Source: a virus
Lineage: Duplodnaviria; Heunggongvirae; Uroviricota; Caudoviricetes
Virus record (IMG/VR): IMGVR_UViG_2690316188_000015
Length of the DNA: 6,926 nucleotides
Direction: 5' to 3' (one strand)
Shown: one piece after another, positions 5,682-6,926 of the stretch
Numbering within the stretch: position 1 is the first letter of the stretch
Layout of the letters: every line of letters begins with the position of its first letter
Position numbers and translations under genes: made by a program
Notes under the pieces: generated by a model
Told to the model about the DNA's origin: nothing
Databases searched by the model: none
Seen by the model: the letters and a program-made list of their open reading frames with translations, nothing else

Positions 5682-6053
5682 CTACCGCATATCCATATCT
5701 AACCGGACATTCAGAGCCATAAGCATTCCTTCAATAATACCTTCCGCTTTATAAAGCCTTTTACCAATAAGCCCATCAGAACATCTATGCTTACGTGCAA
5801 GAGCCATAAATGTCATTCCACCTACGTAATAATCCACCAACAAATCGTGCAAATACTGATTATTCTTGTTTAATCGTGCCATACAACCACAAATTATCAT
5901 GGCGTCATCATCAGAACACTGAGGACGTGATTTCACTTTAGTCGGGATTAATCCTTTAAAACCAGCAGCTATCGAGGGCCATGTTACATCTTCATGATTA
6001 TTTGCTGCCCATGCCCCCCATCGCTCAAGAACCATCTGGATATCACGCGCCAT
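5682..6053 (-). CDS. Q: Late-gene antiterminator Q (QuuD/phage-82-type), 123 aa from the ATG
   Basis: Protein [25 protein letters not shown]...[14 protein letters not shown]... closely resembles E. coli prophage QuuD-type Q as recalled. GAGGTGG Shine-Dalgarno before the ATG at 6053; start overlaps the end of rusA. Confidence 0.85.
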   Translation of the reverse strand: MARDIQMVLERWGAWAANNHEDVTWPSIAAGFKGLIPTKVKSRPQCSDDDAMIICGCMARLNKNNQYLHDLLVDYYVGGMTFMALARKHRCSDGLIGKRLYKAEGIIEGMLMALNVRLDMDMR

Positions 6054-6414
6054 CGTTACCACCTCTGATTTCGTAAATCTTCACGCCCAGCCGTCCACCT
6101 GGCACAGGCTGACCGCGCACAATATTGATTTCATCAAACTGCTCGTCATCAATGAGCACTTCCGCATGCGTCAGCGCATCCAGCGGTGCTTTCAGAATGT
6201 TGTCCAGGTCACGGCGGCGCTTATCCGGTGGTTCTGCAATAATTTTTATTGCCAGCCGTCCGGACAGGCTTAATTTCAGCCGCTGCTGGCGAACAATAAG
6301 CGCCACAGCCCGGCGATAACGCTCACCGGCTTTTGATACAAAATATGTGCTGCCACGACGTCGCCAGTAGGTGTTCACCGTCGGCGGGTAAGGCAAAACA
6401 AACTCTATACGCAT
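6043..6414 (-). CDS. rusA: RusA-family Holliday-junction resolvase, 123 aa
   Basis: AAGAGG Shine-Dalgarno 6 nt before the ATG at 6414. Motifs [19 protein letters not shown] and GGRLGV match the RusA family (compare DLP12 RusA ...PDRRRRDLDNLQKAAFDAL...). Position immediately upstream of Q is typical. Confidence 0.85.
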   Translation of the reverse strand: MRIEFVLPYPPTVNTYWRRRGSTYFVSKAGERYRRAVALIVRQQRLKLSLSGRLAIKIIAEPPDKRRRDLDNILKAPLDALTHAEVLIDDEQFDEINIVRGQPVPGGRLGVKIYEIRGGNDGA

Positions 6415-6426
6415 CAGTAACCTCTT

Positions 6427-6926
6427 TTACCCGAGCACGCCGGTTGCAAAAGCGTGATCAAGAAAACGAAAAATTAAATCAACCTGGGAACCATGCTTTT
6501 CTTCGAACGCCAGCGGATCCGCATGAAGCTCGTTGTGATGCTCCCGACACAGCGGTAGCGTGAAAATATCGTGGGATTTTGTTCCCATTCCACCCTGACC
6601 ATGACCAATCAGATGATGAGGATCGTCCGCTGGCTTACCACAACACGCACACGGCTGTGTCTTTACCCAGCGTGTGTATTTCTCATTTACCCAGCGGCGA
6701 CGTTTAGGTCGTTTCATGAAGGATTCCGGAGACTCCGGATCAACGGCAATGCTGACCACCGTCTTTTCCTGTGGTGGGTTCTGTTGCTGGTGGGTGTGAG
6801 GCGGTAGCGCAATATTTTTTGTGCGCTGCTTCAGTATGCTGGTGGCGGTCTGTTCTCCCGGTATGATGTCGCTTTCACGGTATACGGAGCGGATTTTTTC
6901 CGCCGGTAATCCCAGAGAACGACGCG
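6427..6926 (-). CDS. DUF968-like protein with HNH-like Cys/His cluster; partial, 5' end beyond window
   Basis: The reading frame is open from the window edge (6926) to the stop at 6427. The ORF-track GTG at 6759 is only the first in-window start codon. Motif CACCGKPADDPHHLIGHG...CREHHNELH is present. Confidence 0.65.
   Translation of the reverse strand, partial: RRSLGLPAEKIRSVYRESDIIPGEQTATSILKQRTKNIALPPHTHQQQNPPQEKTVVSIAVDPESPESFMKRPKRRRWVNEKYTRWVKTQPCACCGKPADDPHHLIGHGQGGMGTKSHDIFTLPLCREHHNELHADPLAFEEKHGSQVDLIFRFLDHAFATGVLG

Larger units (their letters stand above)
1..6926 (-). mobile_element. Segment of a lambdoid prophage (nin-region end, Q, late-operon proximal moron region); all genes co-directional on minus strand
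   Basis: Gene order DUF968 - rusA - Q - tRNA trio - accessory genes - NanS-like esterase matches known lambdoid/Stx-phage architecture; low-GC cargo embedded between higher-GC phage genes. Confidence 0.8.

Noticed and set aside
5531-6062. GTG starts reported by the ORF track for Q (6062) and the CPBP gene (5536)
   Set aside because: Downstream in-frame ATGs at 6053 and 5530 have much better Shine-Dalgarno context and give family-typical N-termini.
6125-6807. Plus-strand ORFs 6125-6319, 6333-6563 and 6571-6807
   Set aside because: Antisense to the rusA and DUF968 genes, which have clear family signatures and RBSs.
1-6926. Shiga toxin genes (stxA/stxB)
   Set aside because: The gene order resembles an Stx phage, but no ORF in the expected interval resembles the A or B subunit; that interval holds the TerB-like gene.

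Overview
All convincing genes are on the minus strand, and the window reads as the Q-proximal region of an E. coli-type lambdoid prophage. In transcription order (right to left): DUF968-like protein (partial) -> RusA resolvase -> Q antiterminator -> an AT-rich ~3.7 kb cargo block -> three tRNAs (Ile-CAU, Arg-UCG, Arg-UCU) -> TerB-like protein -> NanS-p-like esterase (partial). This is the gene order of Stx phages with the toxin genes absent. The cargo block is the most interesting part. It holds a CPBP/CAAX-type intramembrane protease directly downstream of Q, and a near-identical ~0.9 kb module present twice (period 1391 bp). Each module carries a 65-aa ORF with its own terminator plus an AraC-family regulator gene; the tRNA-proximal regulator copy is intact and the other is truncated at the repeat junction. 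Several hairpin-plus-T-tract terminators insulate the cargo genes. No CRISPR array, transposase or stx gene is visible. All identifications rest on manual translation and recalled family motifs; no database search was run.
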